A stretch of DNA of 64,000 nucleotides, taken from positions 68,325 through 132,324 of the forward strand of contig JBDRRS010000013.1 in the NCBI GenBank assembly GCA_043825615.1, given 5' to 3'. Source of the DNA: a bacterium. Lineage in GTDB: Bacteria; CG03. The notes below the pieces were generated by a model. It searched no databases. It was not told where the DNA came from and saw only the letters and a list, made by a program, of their open reading frames with translations. Shown here one piece after another: positions 17,019 through 27,274 of the stretch (its first letter is position 1; every line of letters starts with the position of its first letter). The position numbers and the translations under genes were made by a program.

Positions 17019-17914
17019 GAAAAATGATATATCGCGGCATTTGTTCTGTTTTTCTGTGCTTCTGCGCAATTGCTTATTCCTTCGAGGAGAAACCGGATAA
17101 CATTATTCCTCTGACCGGAGGAACAACGCGCGAAATGAAAGTCGTCGTTAAAAGTTCCGGCAGAAAACCCGTCGTGAAAATTTTAAAACCCGACTACGGA
17201 AAAATCTGCGGGTCAATCATGAACGAGGACTCTTTTTCATTCCTCCGCCGGGAGGCCGCGCCCGACGTTCATTCGCTTGCTTCGGATACCTCCGGGCTGC
17301 TGCGCAGTCATAGAATCCCGCTTGTGTGGAAAAAAACAGGGGAGCCGTTTTATTACGGGCGTTTCGTGACAAAATGCAAAGCGGAGACAAAAAAGTGGGA
17401 GGTCATGGTTGTTGATTCCCGCGGGCGAAAGACAATAAAATACAAGGGGGATGGGAAAGTTCCCGGGCAAATCGACCTGAAAGAGGAAGACATAACGAAA
17501 TTTCACGCGGGGGAACCCTATTCTCCCGTGCTGATTCTGACAGTTGAAAGCGGGAAAAAATACAGGTTTAACGGGGACGTGTTTTATTTCGATGTGCTGA
17601 TAAAAAAAGAAAAATACGGAACGCTCGTGGAACTAAACAGCGCGAAACTGTTTGACGATAACAATCTTCTAACCGAAAAAGGCATTTCCGCTCTCGGGCA
17701 GGTCTTAACCGAAATACCTGAGCCGACGCTTGAGATAAGAACCCGCACCTCTGATAAAAGTTTATCTACTATAAGAACCCTTAATTTTGTTGAGGCGCTC
17801 AGAAAAGAATTCCTCGTCCCCGCAAAAAACATCAAAGCAGCTCTTTATATTTATTCAAAAATTGATTTCCCTTCAATCGAACTTATCGTCAAAGAGTCAA
17901 AAGCAGAAAACTAA
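17015..17914 (+). CDS. hypothetical secreted protein
   Basis: ATG overlaps the tonB stop (ATGA). Signal-like N-terminus 'IYRGICSVFLCFCAIAYS'. No motif recognised. Confidence 0.45.
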   Translation: MRKMIYRGICSVFLCFCAIAYSFEEKPDNIIPLTGGTTREMKVVVKSSGRKPVVKILKPDYGKICGSIMNEDSFSFLRREAAPDVHSLASDTSGLLRSHRIPLVWKKTGEPFYYGRFVTKCKAETKKWEVMVVDSRGRKTIKYKGDGKVPGQIDLKEEDITKFHAGEPYSPVLILTVESGKKYRFNGDVFYFDVLIKKEKYGTLVELNSAKLFDDNNLLTEKGISALGQVLTEIPEPTLEIRTRTSDKSLSTIRTLNFVEALRKEFLVPAKNIKAALYIYSKIDFPSIELIVKESKAEN

Positions 17915-17997
17915 AACCCTTAATCGCCAACCGGCAGAATGTAATTTTATCCTGCGATGAAAAGTTTACATAATCTAAATTATCAGTCAGGGGGTTT

Positions 17998-18423
17998 TTA
18001 ATGAAGAAGAAGATTCTCGAATTTACTTTTTCCTTTGATTCTGTAAATAGAGAAATCATTATCTAAACTAATTACTTTTTTAATATTAACCTCTTCAGCA
18101 ATTATTATCAAAGTCGCATCTGCGAAATCCATCGGTCTATCCGAATATTTTGTCATTAAGTCAATTATTCTATCAAATTGTAATTCAGTTATCTCATAAA
18201 CGCTTATTGCCCCCGCATGAATCCACTTTAAAAAATCAACCTGCGCTTCTATATTAAAATCAAGTAAATGAGTAACTTCTGTTATTATAGATAACGAAGT
18301 AATCAATTTACCGGAGTAATCTTTTAAAAAAGTTTTTACTTTCTGATGATGCCTGTCAGAGCGATCAAACAGGGCAACCAGGGGGCCTGTATCAATTACG
18401 GCTGTCGCGAATGTGTTTCTCAC
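17998..18423 (-). CDS. vapC: PIN-domain ribonuclease toxin (VapC family)
   Basis: 141 aa. 'VIDTGPLVALFDRSD' (first acidic residue) and 'MDFADATLI' are PIN motifs. Overlaps the upstream RHH gene. Confidence 0.8.
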   Translation of the reverse strand: MRNTFATAVIDTGPLVALFDRSDRHHQKVKTFLKDYSGKLITSLSIITEVTHLLDFNIEAQVDFLKWIHAGAISVYEITELQFDRIIDLMTKYSDRPMDFADATLIIIAEEVNIKKVISLDNDFSIYRIKGKSKFENLLLH

Positions 18424-18661
18424 GTAATTTTTTCTTTAGATATTTTTTCCCATTTATAGACAAGTTACCTTTGCTGCTTGCGAAGCGCCCGAATAAATTT
18501 TTCCCCATTTCATAAGGAGCAATACCGGGAACATGTCTATTAAAATACTCCTCTATACTTTCTTTGATGATCTCTGTCCTAGAAACTCCTTCAAGGTTGC
18601 AGAGCAAACGAAGTTTTTTATCGGTAACTTCTTTTAATCTTGCAGTTATTGTCATAATCAC
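18392..18661 (-). CDS. vapB: ribbon-helix-helix (CopG-like) antitoxin partner of VapC
   Basis: 89 aa. 'ITARLKEVTDKKLRLLCNLEGVSRTEIIKESIEEY' is an RHH pattern. Overlaps vapC by 32 nt. Confidence 0.6.
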   Translation of the reverse strand: MIMTITARLKEVTDKKLRLLCNLEGVSRTEIIKESIEEYFNRHVPGIAPYEMGKNLFGRFASSKGNLSINGKKYLKKKLREKHIRDSRN

Positions 18662-18847
18662 CTCCCCGTATTACAAATGTAATAAAAAGCGTCGAGATTT
18701 GTCAAGAGTTGATTTCTCAAAATTCCAGTTTCCCGCCTGCCGACAGAGCCCCTGTTTTTATTTTTATCCGGGATGTCCCCGTTTTCTCCGTTTTCTCCAC
18801 CACACAAAGCCGGAATGTTGCTCAGGCTCCAAGGGAGATAGCTTTTT

Positions 18848-18874
18848 CCGCAGAATAAACTTTCTGCGGTTTTG
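18848..18874 (+). terminator. hairpin followed by a T-run (weak intrinsic-terminator-like structure)
   Basis: CCGCAGA-ataaactt-TCTGCGG followed by TTTTG, located just beyond the 3' end of the surface-protein gene. Orientation and strength are uncertain. Confidence 0.3.
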
Positions 18875-18899
18875 AACGAAAAGACTGATTAAGAAAAAG

Positions 18900-21800
18900 T
18901 CAGCGTATTATCGCTAATTTTCCTTTTTTCTTTTCACCTGAATCCTTAGATATTATGTAAAAATACACTCCGCTGGCTACATCCCTTCGACTGTTGTTGC
19001 GGAGGTCCCATACGGCGTCGGTATTCGAATTGTCCTTATTTATCGTCCGCACTAACTCCCCAGTTATCGTATAAATTTTTATTTTTAACGTGTTCGGTAA
19101 GTTTGTAAACGTCACTCCGGTATATCCCATTCCACTCCTCCACGGGTTCGGATAGACGTAAACGTCGTCCGGCGATAAATACGAAAGCTCAATCAAGCTG
19201 TATACCGAGAGGCTCGAAAGTTGGGCTTCTATCCATTTTGCGGAAGTGTTGATATAAAAATCTTCCTGGATAACCCATTCACCTTTATCCTCGTCCAGTT
19301 TTACAATCCTCAGTTTGTTTTCCTGCGCGCGGGTGAGGTCGGCAGGATAATAGAACCTTATGGTAATCGCTCCTGACGGCACATCGGCAAAATCAGTTAT
19401 TTTATTATCAAGCTCGTCCATAATAACATAATTTCTGGACGGCGCCATGACGGGTATTGTCCCGGCCGGGAGTTTGTTTTCCGCCGCTGTTTCCTTATCC
19501 TTCTGTTCCTGCGTCAGTTCCTGAATTTCCATGCGGGTCGGAAAATTAAATGCATCTGCCGAAACTTTAACTACTGAAATTGTATTGCCTGTCGTCCCGT
19601 CTTTAAATTCTTCTTCGTAATCTTCGCCGAGATAGAGTTGATGAAATGTCACGGTTGCAACGGTGCGGTCAAAGTCCGAAGCAATTCCGCCTCCATTGAA
19701 CGCCTGGACTTTATAATAATATGTCGTCGTGGTTTTTATATCTGCGGTATCTGTGTAAGATGTATCCGTATACCCGGAATTAAAATTAGTGATTACATTT
19801 GTTGAAGTTGCAAAATCGTCGGTTGACCTTAAAATTCCCCACCGTGTATATGAAGGATTACCGTTCGGCTCCCAGGTAATTTCTACGGACCACGAACTTC
19901 GAGACAGGATATACGAATTTGCCGGTGGATTTGCAAGCGTCCATCCTGTTGCCGTATTTGACGGATCAGAAAGAATTCCCGACGCTCCCGTTTTTACATA
20001 TCTGTAATATGATGTGTTTGCGGAGAGGTCTGTTTCAATCCAGGTAGTTGTCCCATTCCCTTCCAGCTTTTCAAGAAATTTATTATCGGGAAAACTGTAG
20101 ACCTGGTAAAATGTCGCACCCTGCATTAAATCCCACTCCCATTTGATTGAGCCGGTTGATAGCGCATCACCATAAAGACCCGCCGGCGTATTATACCACT
20201 GCCCGCAATCTCCGCCGTCGGCAATTGTCCAGTTGAATGTATCCTTGATATACTGTCTTTTTTCCGCTGGAAGGCCTAAACTATATTTTGAATTTCCACC
20301 ATTAAAACTTATTCCGCTCTGCAACGGTAATTCCGACCATTTGATTAGAAGCTGATTATAATTTGCAGAAGACAGTTGGACACCATAAAGAAAATCACAA
20401 AAATTTACGACAGATGATACATCCCAACTGCTTATATCCTGATTAAATGAAGTTGCGCCATAGAACACACTATCCATATATCTAACAGATGAAACATCCC
20501 ATCCGCCTATATTCTGATTAAATGAAGTTGCGCCATAGAACATAAAAAACATAGCGGTAACAGAGGACACATCCCAGCTGCTTATATCCTGATTAAATGA
20601 AGTTGCACCAGAGAACACACTATTCATACAACTAACAGATGACACATCCCAATTACCTATATCCTGATTGAATGATGCTGCCCCATAGAACATCTGATAC
20701 ATATTTGTAACAGAGGACACATTCCAGTTGCCTATATCCTGATTGAATGAAGCGGCACCGGAGAACATCTCAGACATATCTGTAACAGACGATACATCCC
20801 AATTCCCTATCGGTCGATTAAATGAAGATGCTTTATAAAACATCCTATCCATATTTGTAACAGACGACACATCCCAATTACCTATATCCTGATTAAATGA
20901 TGTTGCACCCTGAAACATTAGATACATATTTGTAACAGACGATACATCCCAATTCCCTATCGGTTGATTAAATGAATTTGCACCAGAGAACATCCAAGAC
21001 ATATCTGTAACGGATGAAACATCCCAGCCGCCTATATCCTGATTAAATGAAGTTGCAATCTGAAACATTACCTGCATATTTGTAACAGACGATACATCCC
21101 AATTGCCTATAGGTTGATTGAATGAAGGTGCTTTAGAGAACATCCCATACATATCTGTAACAGAGGACACATCCCAGTTGCCTATCGGTTGATTAAACGA
21201 AGTTGCATCATAAAACATATAAGACATATCTCTAACAGACGATACATCCCAGTTGCCTATAGGTTGATTAAATGAAGTTGCGTTAGAGAACATCCAAGAC
21301 ATATCTGTAACAGAGGACACATCCCAGTTGCCTATATCCTGATTAAATGAAGATTCGTTATAGTTATAAAACATACAAGACATATCTGTAACAGATGATA
21401 CATCCCAATTGCCTATAGGTTGATTAAATGAAGTTGCGCGAGAGAACATCCAAGACATATCTGTAACAGATGATACATCCCAATTACTTATATCCTGATT
21501 AAATGAAGTACCAAACATACTAAACATATCCGTAACGGATGACACATCCCAATTACCTATCGGCTGATTAAATGCTGATGAGAACATATTAGACATATCT
21601 ATAACAGACGATACATCCCATCTGCTTATATCCTGATTAAATGAAGCGGCGCCAGGGAACATCAAAGACATATCTGTAACACTGCTGGAAACGGCATCAA
21701 AGAAATCTGCCGCAGTGAATGTTGAGATAGTTGTCGCTCCACAAAACATCTCATGAGCGCTTGTAATCCCTGAAACACCATCTGAAACAGGTGTTAATAT

Positions 21801-22187
21801 GTCAATCAATCGCGAAGGAGTTCCGCTTCCTCCACCATAAAATGAGATCCTGCTTGTCTGCCCTCTGACCTTTATTACATAATCGCTGGCATCCGCATAA
21901 GTGTATGAGAGCAGTTGGCTTGCGCCCGTAACGGGCGAAGAACTTGTTCCCGTTCCCCAGTCAAGAACTTCAAAATTGACAGGGTTGTCAACCCAAAAAG
22001 CAAAATTCTGATTTGCGTCCGTGGTTTTTATCTTGAAATCGAAAGATGACGCAAAGGCGGAAACTGTTGATAAAATCATAGTAGTGCTAAAAATGAAAAA
22101 TATAAGAAAGAGCAATTTTACTTTTATTATAAATTTCTTTTGCTCTAAAATCTTCAAATTCTGCCTCCTTCCAAAATAATATTGCAT
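18900..22187 (-). CDS. giant secreted surface protein: ~20 tandem DUF285-type repeats, FN3-like region, T9SS C-terminal sorting domain
   Basis: 1095 aa with an N-terminal signal peptide. The repeats carry the 'FNQ(D/P)[16 protein letters not shown]' motif. The C-terminal ~80 aa '...VYVYPNPW...[23 protein letters not shown]' resembles a T9SS type-A CTD. The gene is AT-rich. Confidence 0.75.
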   Translation of the reverse strand: MQYYFGRRQNLKILEQKKFIIKVKLLFLIFFIFSTTMILSTVSAFASSFDFKIKTTDANQNFAFWVDNPVNFEVLDWGTGTSSSPVTGASQLLSYTYADASDYVIKVRGQTSRISFYGGGSGTPSRLIDILTPVSDGVSGITSAHEMFCGATTISTFTAADFFDAVSSSVTDMSLMFPGAASFNQDISRWDVSSVIDMSNMFSSAFNQPIGNWDVSSVTDMFSMFGTSFNQDISNWDVSSVTDMSWMFSRATSFNQPIGNWDVSSVTDMSCMFYNYNESSFNQDIGNWDVSSVTDMSWMFSNATSFNQPIGNWDVSSVRDMSYMFYDATSFNQPIGNWDVSSVTDMYGMFSKAPSFNQPIGNWDVSSVTNMQVMFQIATSFNQDIGGWDVSSVTDMSWMFSGANSFNQPIGNWDVSSVTNMYLMFQGATSFNQDIGNWDVSSVTNMDRMFYKASSFNRPIGNWDVSSVTDMSEMFSGAASFNQDIGNWNVSSVTNMYQMFYGAASFNQDIGNWDVSSVSCMNSVFSGATSFNQDISSWDVSSVTAMFFMFYGATSFNQNIGGWDVSSVRYMDSVFYGATSFNQDISSWDVSSVVNFCDFLYGVQLSSANYNQLLIKWSELPLQSGISFNGGNSKYSLGLPAEKRQYIKDTFNWTIADGGDCGQWYNTPAGLYGDALSTGSIKWEWDLMQGATFYQVYSFPDNKFLEKLEGNGTTTWIETDLSANTSYYRYVKTGASGILSDPSNTATGWTLANPPANSYILSRSSWSVEITWEPNGNPSYTRWGILRSTDDFATSTNVITNFNSGYTDTSYTDTADIKTTTTYYYKVQAFNGGGIASDFDRTVATVTFHQLYLGEDYEEEFKDGTTGNTISVVKVSADAFNFPTRMEIQELTQEQKDKETAAENKLPAGTIPVMAPSRNYVIMDELDNKITDFADVPSGAITIRFYYPADLTRAQENKLRIVKLDEDKGEWVIQEDFYINTSAKWIEAQLSSLSVYSLIELSYLSPDDVYVYPNPWRSGMGYTGVTFTNLPNTLKIKIYTITGELVRTINKDNSNTDAVWDLRNNSRRDVASGVYFYIISKDSGEKKKGKLAIIR
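20330..21710. repeat. ~20 tandem ~69-nt coding repeats (23-aa units) inside the surface-protein gene
   Basis: Near-identical units, e.g. 'gatacatcccaattgcctataggttgattaaatgaag...', are visible at nucleotide level. Confidence 0.8.
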
Positions 22188-22591
22188 ACTTCCTTAATAT
22201 TATTACCGTACAAATTAAAAAAAACAGGGCTACCAAAAATTCAGAGAAGAATATCCCCTTATCTTCGGTAGCCCGGCTAGCGGGTCAGTCAGTTTAATTT
22301 TTGTGCAACTTTACCTTCGGTGTCCTGGCTGGCTTACCCTGCACATATATTGCAGGGGGTAGCCCCGTGGCTTTGCGTCCCCGCCTTTCAGCGGGTTTGC
22401 CTTTATCGGATAAAGCCCAATGTATTCTTTACAATATAAGTATAGTGTGAAAAGCCTTAAATGTCAATTTATCACACATAATTCAAAGTAGGAATGTAAA
22501 TATTTCTGTTGGAACCTGTAAGAAGAATTGTGACTTTGACAAACTTTCTACCTTACAAGTAGACAGGTTTTTTTATTTTTCGGTTTTGTCC

Positions 22592-25500
22592 TTACACGCC
22601 TTTTTTGGCGGATTCGAGACGGGAGCGGATTCCGGAGAGTTCCTCTTCAAGAGCCCTGTTTATGTCGCGGAGGTCGCGCAGTTCGTTCATCAATTGCATT
22701 CTTTCGGTGTTAAATTTATTATCCTGTTCTCTCATCCTGTTCGCAAAATCTTCGCCCGAGGCCTGTTTATCGTCGGCGCCTGATTTGTAAATCCGGCTTA
22801 TTTCGTCTTTCATTTTACCGGCCTGTTCCTGCATGGCCGCAATTTCGCGCTTGTGCGTCTCGTCCTGCGCTATGTTTTTCCTCTTCCATTCCGCATCCGT
22901 TTTCTGGAGCTGCTCATTCAATGCGGCAATGGCTGACTCAGCGGAAGTTATACTTTTACCGGACCTTTTTATTTCTTCCTTGCGACGCATATCCTGTATT
23001 TTCAACTGGTTTTCAAGTTCACGGCGCTGCTCGTTCCATTTGCCGAATTCCGTTTCCCTTGAAACCCTCCATTCGGAAAGCTGCCGCCTCAACTGTTCGG
23101 TTTCCACACTGACGGCTTCCTGTTTTGCCGACGCCTCATTCTGCCGGGCGTCAATTTTTTCCTGCAGCTGTGAAACCGCCTGCATTAACTCCTCTTCGCG
23201 TTTCTCCGCCTGCGTTTTGACGGCGTTTACGGCTTTGACCGTGCCCTGTTCCAGTTTTGTTCTTTCCTTTTCAAAATTTACGAGAACTTCGCGAAAGCGT
23301 TCGTTCATCTTTTCCGTTTCAGCCGACAGTTTTGAAATTGTGCCGTTCAGTTCCCCTATTTTCACTTCGTAAGAATCAACTTCCCGCGTAAAAGCGCTGT
23401 CCTTTTCGGCAATCATTTCAAGATAATGTTTCTTTAAATTCTCACTCGTAAGGCGGTTTCCCGACTGGAGCTGCTGCATCTCCTGCTTCAGCGTAGAAAT
23501 AATGGTTTTCAGATTGTCCATTCCGGATGCTTTTTCAATCACCAGAACTTCAACTTTTTTCTCAAATTCCGCTTTCTGCGCGGCAGACCGGTTCTTCAAA
23601 TTACTGATTTCTTCACCGAGCGCCTTGTTTTCCTGCTCAAATGCAGCCCTGATGTTTTTCAATTTTTCCTCATCGACGGTCTTAACCTCTTTCAGCCCGT
23701 TTATCTCTTCCGTCAGACGGCGGTTTTCCGCTTCCTTGTGTTTCAGCGTGTCAAAAAAGTTGCTTTTTAACGTATCAATCTGCGCAGTCAGTTTTTCCAT
23801 CGCATCCTGTTTCTCGGAAAGCAGCGCGTTGAGCGATTGCGAAATGTTTATTTTTTCTCCGGCAAGCGCCTCAATTCTGCCTTTGTCAGCTGCGGCTGAG
23901 GCGGTGAGCGCGCTTATTTCCTTTTTCCCTTTTTCCAGTTCTTCCTTAAGGCGGGCAATTTCCCCGTTCAACTGCGCAGCAGTATTACGCAGGGAATCTT
24001 TCTCCGAAACCCGCAGAGCGTTTAACCCCGTTATCTCCTTCTTGTGAACGTTTTCCTCTTCGTTTATTCTGCTCTGCAATTCCCTGATTTTTCCGTTCAA
24101 CCCCTCTTTTTCTTTCTGGTATTCTCCGGAATTCTGTAGAATTGTTCTGCGCAGGTTGTCGATTTCAACGGAATACTTCTGGTCCTTTTCAAGAAGTTTT
24201 CTCCGGTTTTCGTCGTGAGACCGGAAGAGCAAATCGTCACGGGATGCAATTTCTTTCTGCGCCTCGCTTCTGTCCGCCTCATACTGCCTTTCCTTATCTT
24301 TCAGCAGGAGAAGATGTTTTTCTCTTTCCTCCTGCATGTTTTCCATTGTGTTCTTTAAATTTTCTTCAAGAACCTCTATTCTGCTCCGGAGCGCGGCGGC
24401 CTGCTGTTCCTTTTCCTTTTCCGCCGAAGACAGCGCTATACTGCCGTTAAGTTTTACGGTTTCAATTTCCTGCAGGACCCGCGAAAGTTTTTCTTCTTTC
24501 TCTCCGAGCTCTTTTTCATAATTTTCTATGCCGTTCTGCCGTTCGAGAGCAAGAATTTTATATTTTTCGGAAATTTCCGAAAACCTGTCCGACGCCTCCT
24601 TCTCGCGCTCTTTTATGAGAAGATCCAAAGAGTGAATCCTGCCATCTTTCTCTTTGGAAATTTCGTCGCTTTCCTTACGCAAATCCTGCGTCTGTTCCTT
24701 CAATACTGCGATGTCATCCAGCAGACCCGATATTTTTATTTTTAAATTCGTCTTCTCGCGGCTGAAGGCGCCCTCAAGCGTTGACATTGCGGTCGCCCGT
24801 GTAAGAATTCTTTCTTTAAGGGAGACAATTTCTTTTTCGTATATTTCCTGCAGATGCTTTTTCTCGGACGTCTGGGCGAGGTATTCCGCCGCGTGTTTGT
24901 TCTCAAGTTCTCTTTTCTTATTCCTTTCCTCTTCAAGCTCTTTCTGCAAAGAGAGGTTTTCCTTCCCAGCCTCGGAGAGTTTAACGGAAAACTTTTCCTC
25001 AAGAACTTTCTGCGCTTTTTCAAGACGCTCTATATCCGACTCCTTTTCCATAATGCGGTTTCTCAATTCAATTTCAACCGCGCGGGATGTTTCCTCAATG
25101 TCCGAAATTTTCTGATTGTAGTTATCTTTCGCCGTTTCATTTATACTACGCAGTTCCTTGCTTCCCTTTTCTAAAAGCGCAATTTCCTGTCTGCCCGACT
25201 GGACCTCGGATGTAAGATTCTGAATTTGCTTCTGATCTTTCTTTTCCGTTTCCTGAAGCTGAAGCCCCATCCTCAAGCGGACGTCCTCAAAATTTTTCTG
25301 CAGAGAATCCTTTTCCAGTTCCAACTCGGAAATGCGGTTCTGAAGATTGGACATTTCTTCCGCATCGGTAAGCGTCTTCGCCTTGAAACGGTCTTCGTAT
25401 TCAGCCGACGATTTTCTCTGACTTTCCTTGATAGCGGTTATCGTGTTTTTCAGCGCCTTTATATTCTGCTGAAGAGTGAATCTCTCCCTTTCGAATTCGC

Positions 25501-26053
25501 CCCTTTCAACGGCAAACTGCGACGAAAGAGAAAGTATTTCTTTTTTTCCCGTTTCCCTTGACTGACGGATTTCGCCGGTCAGAGCGTCCGCTTTCGACTG
25601 ACTCTCCTTATCCTTGTCTTTCAGAATCCTGTTGAGCGCTTTTATTTCATCGGACAGCCGGAGAATCTCCCATTCCTTCGTCCTCAGTTTCTGGTTGAAC
25701 TCCGACGTAAGATTCGTTTCGGTTTCCATCGCCTGAACGTTCAGCGTCCTGATGATGCCGTCTTTTTCTTCCAGCTGTTTGTTTAACTTCTGCTCCCGCA
25801 CATCCAAAACATACTGTTTCTGTACAATTTCTTTTTCCCTGTGGTCGAGTTCAAGGAGACGAGACCGGTATTCCCTGTTGATTTTCGCCGTCGCAATCGA
25901 TGATTTCGCCTGAAGGTACGCCCTGTCTTTTTCAATCTGCTGTATTTTGTCTTTCAGCCGGGAAATATCCTCTTCGTACTTTTTGTGTATTGAAGTAACC
26001 TGTTGACCAAGGGCAATTTTCAAACCCCTCAAATTATCGTTCTCTGCCGGCAT
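22592..26053 (-). CDS. second giant coiled-coil protein (1153 aa)
   Basis: Continuous E/K/L/R/Q-rich heptad-like ORF with no catalytic motifs. Similar in character to 7125..10733. Confidence 0.7.
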   Translation of the reverse strand: MPAENDNLRGLKIALGQQVTSIHKKYEEDISRLKDKIQQIEKDRAYLQAKSSIATAKINREYRSRLLELDHREKEIVQKQYVLDVREQKLNKQLEEKDGIIRTLNVQAMETETNLTSEFNQKLRTKEWEILRLSDEIKALNRILKDKDKESQSKADALTGEIRQSRETGKKEILSLSSQFAVERGEFERERFTLQQNIKALKNTITAIKESQRKSSAEYEDRFKAKTLTDAEEMSNLQNRISELELEKDSLQKNFEDVRLRMGLQLQETEKKDQKQIQNLTSEVQSGRQEIALLEKGSKELRSINETAKDNYNQKISDIEETSRAVEIELRNRIMEKESDIERLEKAQKVLEEKFSVKLSEAGKENLSLQKELEEERNKKRELENKHAAEYLAQTSEKKHLQEIYEKEIVSLKERILTRATAMSTLEGAFSREKTNLKIKISGLLDDIAVLKEQTQDLRKESDEISKEKDGRIHSLDLLIKEREKEASDRFSEISEKYKILALERQNGIENYEKELGEKEEKLSRVLQEIETVKLNGSIALSSAEKEKEQQAAALRSRIEVLEENLKNTMENMQEEREKHLLLLKDKERQYEADRSEAQKEIASRDDLLFRSHDENRRKLLEKDQKYSVEIDNLRRTILQNSGEYQKEKEGLNGKIRELQSRINEEENVHKKEITGLNALRVSEKDSLRNTAAQLNGEIARLKEELEKGKKEISALTASAAADKGRIEALAGEKINISQSLNALLSEKQDAMEKLTAQIDTLKSNFFDTLKHKEAENRRLTEEINGLKEVKTVDEEKLKNIRAAFEQENKALGEEISNLKNRSAAQKAEFEKKVEVLVIEKASGMDNLKTIISTLKQEMQQLQSGNRLTSENLKKHYLEMIAEKDSAFTREVDSYEVKIGELNGTISKLSAETEKMNERFREVLVNFEKERTKLEQGTVKAVNAVKTQAEKREEELMQAVSQLQEKIDARQNEASAKQEAVSVETEQLRRQLSEWRVSRETEFGKWNEQRRELENQLKIQDMRRKEEIKRSGKSITSAESAIAALNEQLQKTDAEWKRKNIAQDETHKREIAAMQEQAGKMKDEISRIYKSGADDKQASGEDFANRMREQDNKFNTERMQLMNELRDLRDINRALEEELSGIRSRLESAKKGV

Positions 26054-26161
26054 TATTTAGGTTTCCAATTTACAAAATACTTATACATTAAAATCAAACG
26101 GTTGTCAATTTCCGGAGCATTTGTTATCATTGCTGAAAATAAGAAAGGATGGTGTTGCACT

Positions 26162-26914
26162 ATGACTGGAAAAGAATATCATGTTGCGCTCGGAAAAGGC
26201 GATGTCGGAAGATACGTTCTGCTTCCCGGCGACCCCGCCAGAACTGAAAAAATCGCAAAACACTTTGACAATGCGAAAGAACTTGCCTTTAACAGGGAAT
26301 ACAGAACGTTTACGGGCGAGATCGACGGGATAAAAATTTCCACAACGTCAACGGGAATCGGCTGCCCCTCCACCGCCATCTGCGTGGAAGAACTAATAAA
26401 ATGCGGGGCTGACACATTTATAAGAGTGGGAACGGCGGGTTCCCTGCAAAAAGAAGTCGCTCTGGGCGATACGGTAATTTCCACCGCCGCCGTCAGAGAA
26501 GAAGGAACCACCCGGCAGTATATTCCGCTAAGTTTTCCGGCGGTCGCCGATTTTGAAGTGACAACTGCTCTGGTGGAAGCCGCCAAAAAACTGAACATAA
26601 AATACCATACCGGAATTGTTCACTGCAAAGACGCATTTTACACGGAAGGGACGGATGGAGAAAATCTCCCGCTTGCAAATCACACAAAAGATTTATGGAC
26701 GGCATGGTATCGGGGAAATGTTCTGGCAACTTCAATGGAATCCGCCGCGCTTTTTGTAATTTCCTCAATTAAGAGAGTTTCCGCGGGCGAGGTTCTGGCG
26801 ATAATAGGTCTGACCTACGACGACAAACCGATAGTGCAAAAAGTCGGGATTGACGAAGCCATCGCCGTTGCGATAGAAGGAGTCAGGATCCTTGAAAGAA
26901 AAAGAAATTCTTGA
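26162..26914 (+). CDS. PNP/UDP-family nucleoside phosphorylase (purine nucleoside or uridine phosphorylase type)
   Basis: From the ATG at 26162: 'YVLLPGDPARTEKIAKHF...GIGCPSTAICVEELIKCGADTFIRVGTAGSL'. The ORF-track start at 26003 runs through the promoter region. Confidence 0.7.
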   Translation: MTGKEYHVALGKGDVGRYVLLPGDPARTEKIAKHFDNAKELAFNREYRTFTGEIDGIKISTTSTGIGCPSTAICVEELIKCGADTFIRVGTAGSLQKEVALGDTVISTAAVREEGTTRQYIPLSFPAVADFEVTTALVEAAKKLNIKYHTGIVHCKDAFYTEGTDGENLPLANHTKDLWTAWYRGNVLATSMESAALFVISSIKRVSAGEVLAIIGLTYDDKPIVQKVGIDEAIAVAIEGVRILERKRNS

Positions 26915-27272
26915 TGTTTTAAGACAACTGCTGAAGAATTCCTATTCTCCCTATTCGAAATTCCGGGTTGCCGCCGTTATCGTAACGGACTCCGGAAACA
27001 TTTACAAAGGATGCAATGTAGAAAACGCATCTTACGGCATGACCCTGTGCGCGGAAAGGGTTGCCGCAACGGCAGCCGTGTCCGCAGGCGAAAAAAAGTT
27101 CAGGCAAATTTTTCTGATAACCGACTCCGCAAAACCGGAATTTCCCTGCGGAGCATGCCTGCAGTTTCTTGCGGAATTTAACCCCAAACTGAAAATCACC
27201 ACATACGCAGGAGACGGCCGGAAAAAATCGGCGAAACTGTCCGATATCCTGAAAAGTAAATTCAAATTTTAA
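26892..27272 (+). CDS. cdd: cytidine deaminase
   Basis: 126 aa. The 'CAERVA' and 'PCGACLQFLAEF' zinc-ligand motifs match the CDA family. Overlaps the upstream gene. Confidence 0.8.
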   Translation: MKEKEILDVLRQLLKNSYSPYSKFRVAAVIVTDSGNIYKGCNVENASYGMTLCAERVAATAAVSAGEKKFRQIFLITDSAKPEFPCGACLQFLAEFNPKLKITTYAGDGRKKSAKLSDILKSKFKF

Positions 27273-27274
27273 TA

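Noticed and set aside
22188-22591. Possible tmRNA, RNase P RNA or SRP RNA in the hairpin-rich intergenic region
   Set aside because: I looked on both strands for the tmRNA tag-peptide reading frame and tRNA-like ends, for the RNase P conserved GGAAAGUCCGG/AGGGUGAAA blocks, and for the SRP domain-IV 'GGAAGCAGCC' core. None is present. The region is kept only as an unclassified structured-RNA candidate.
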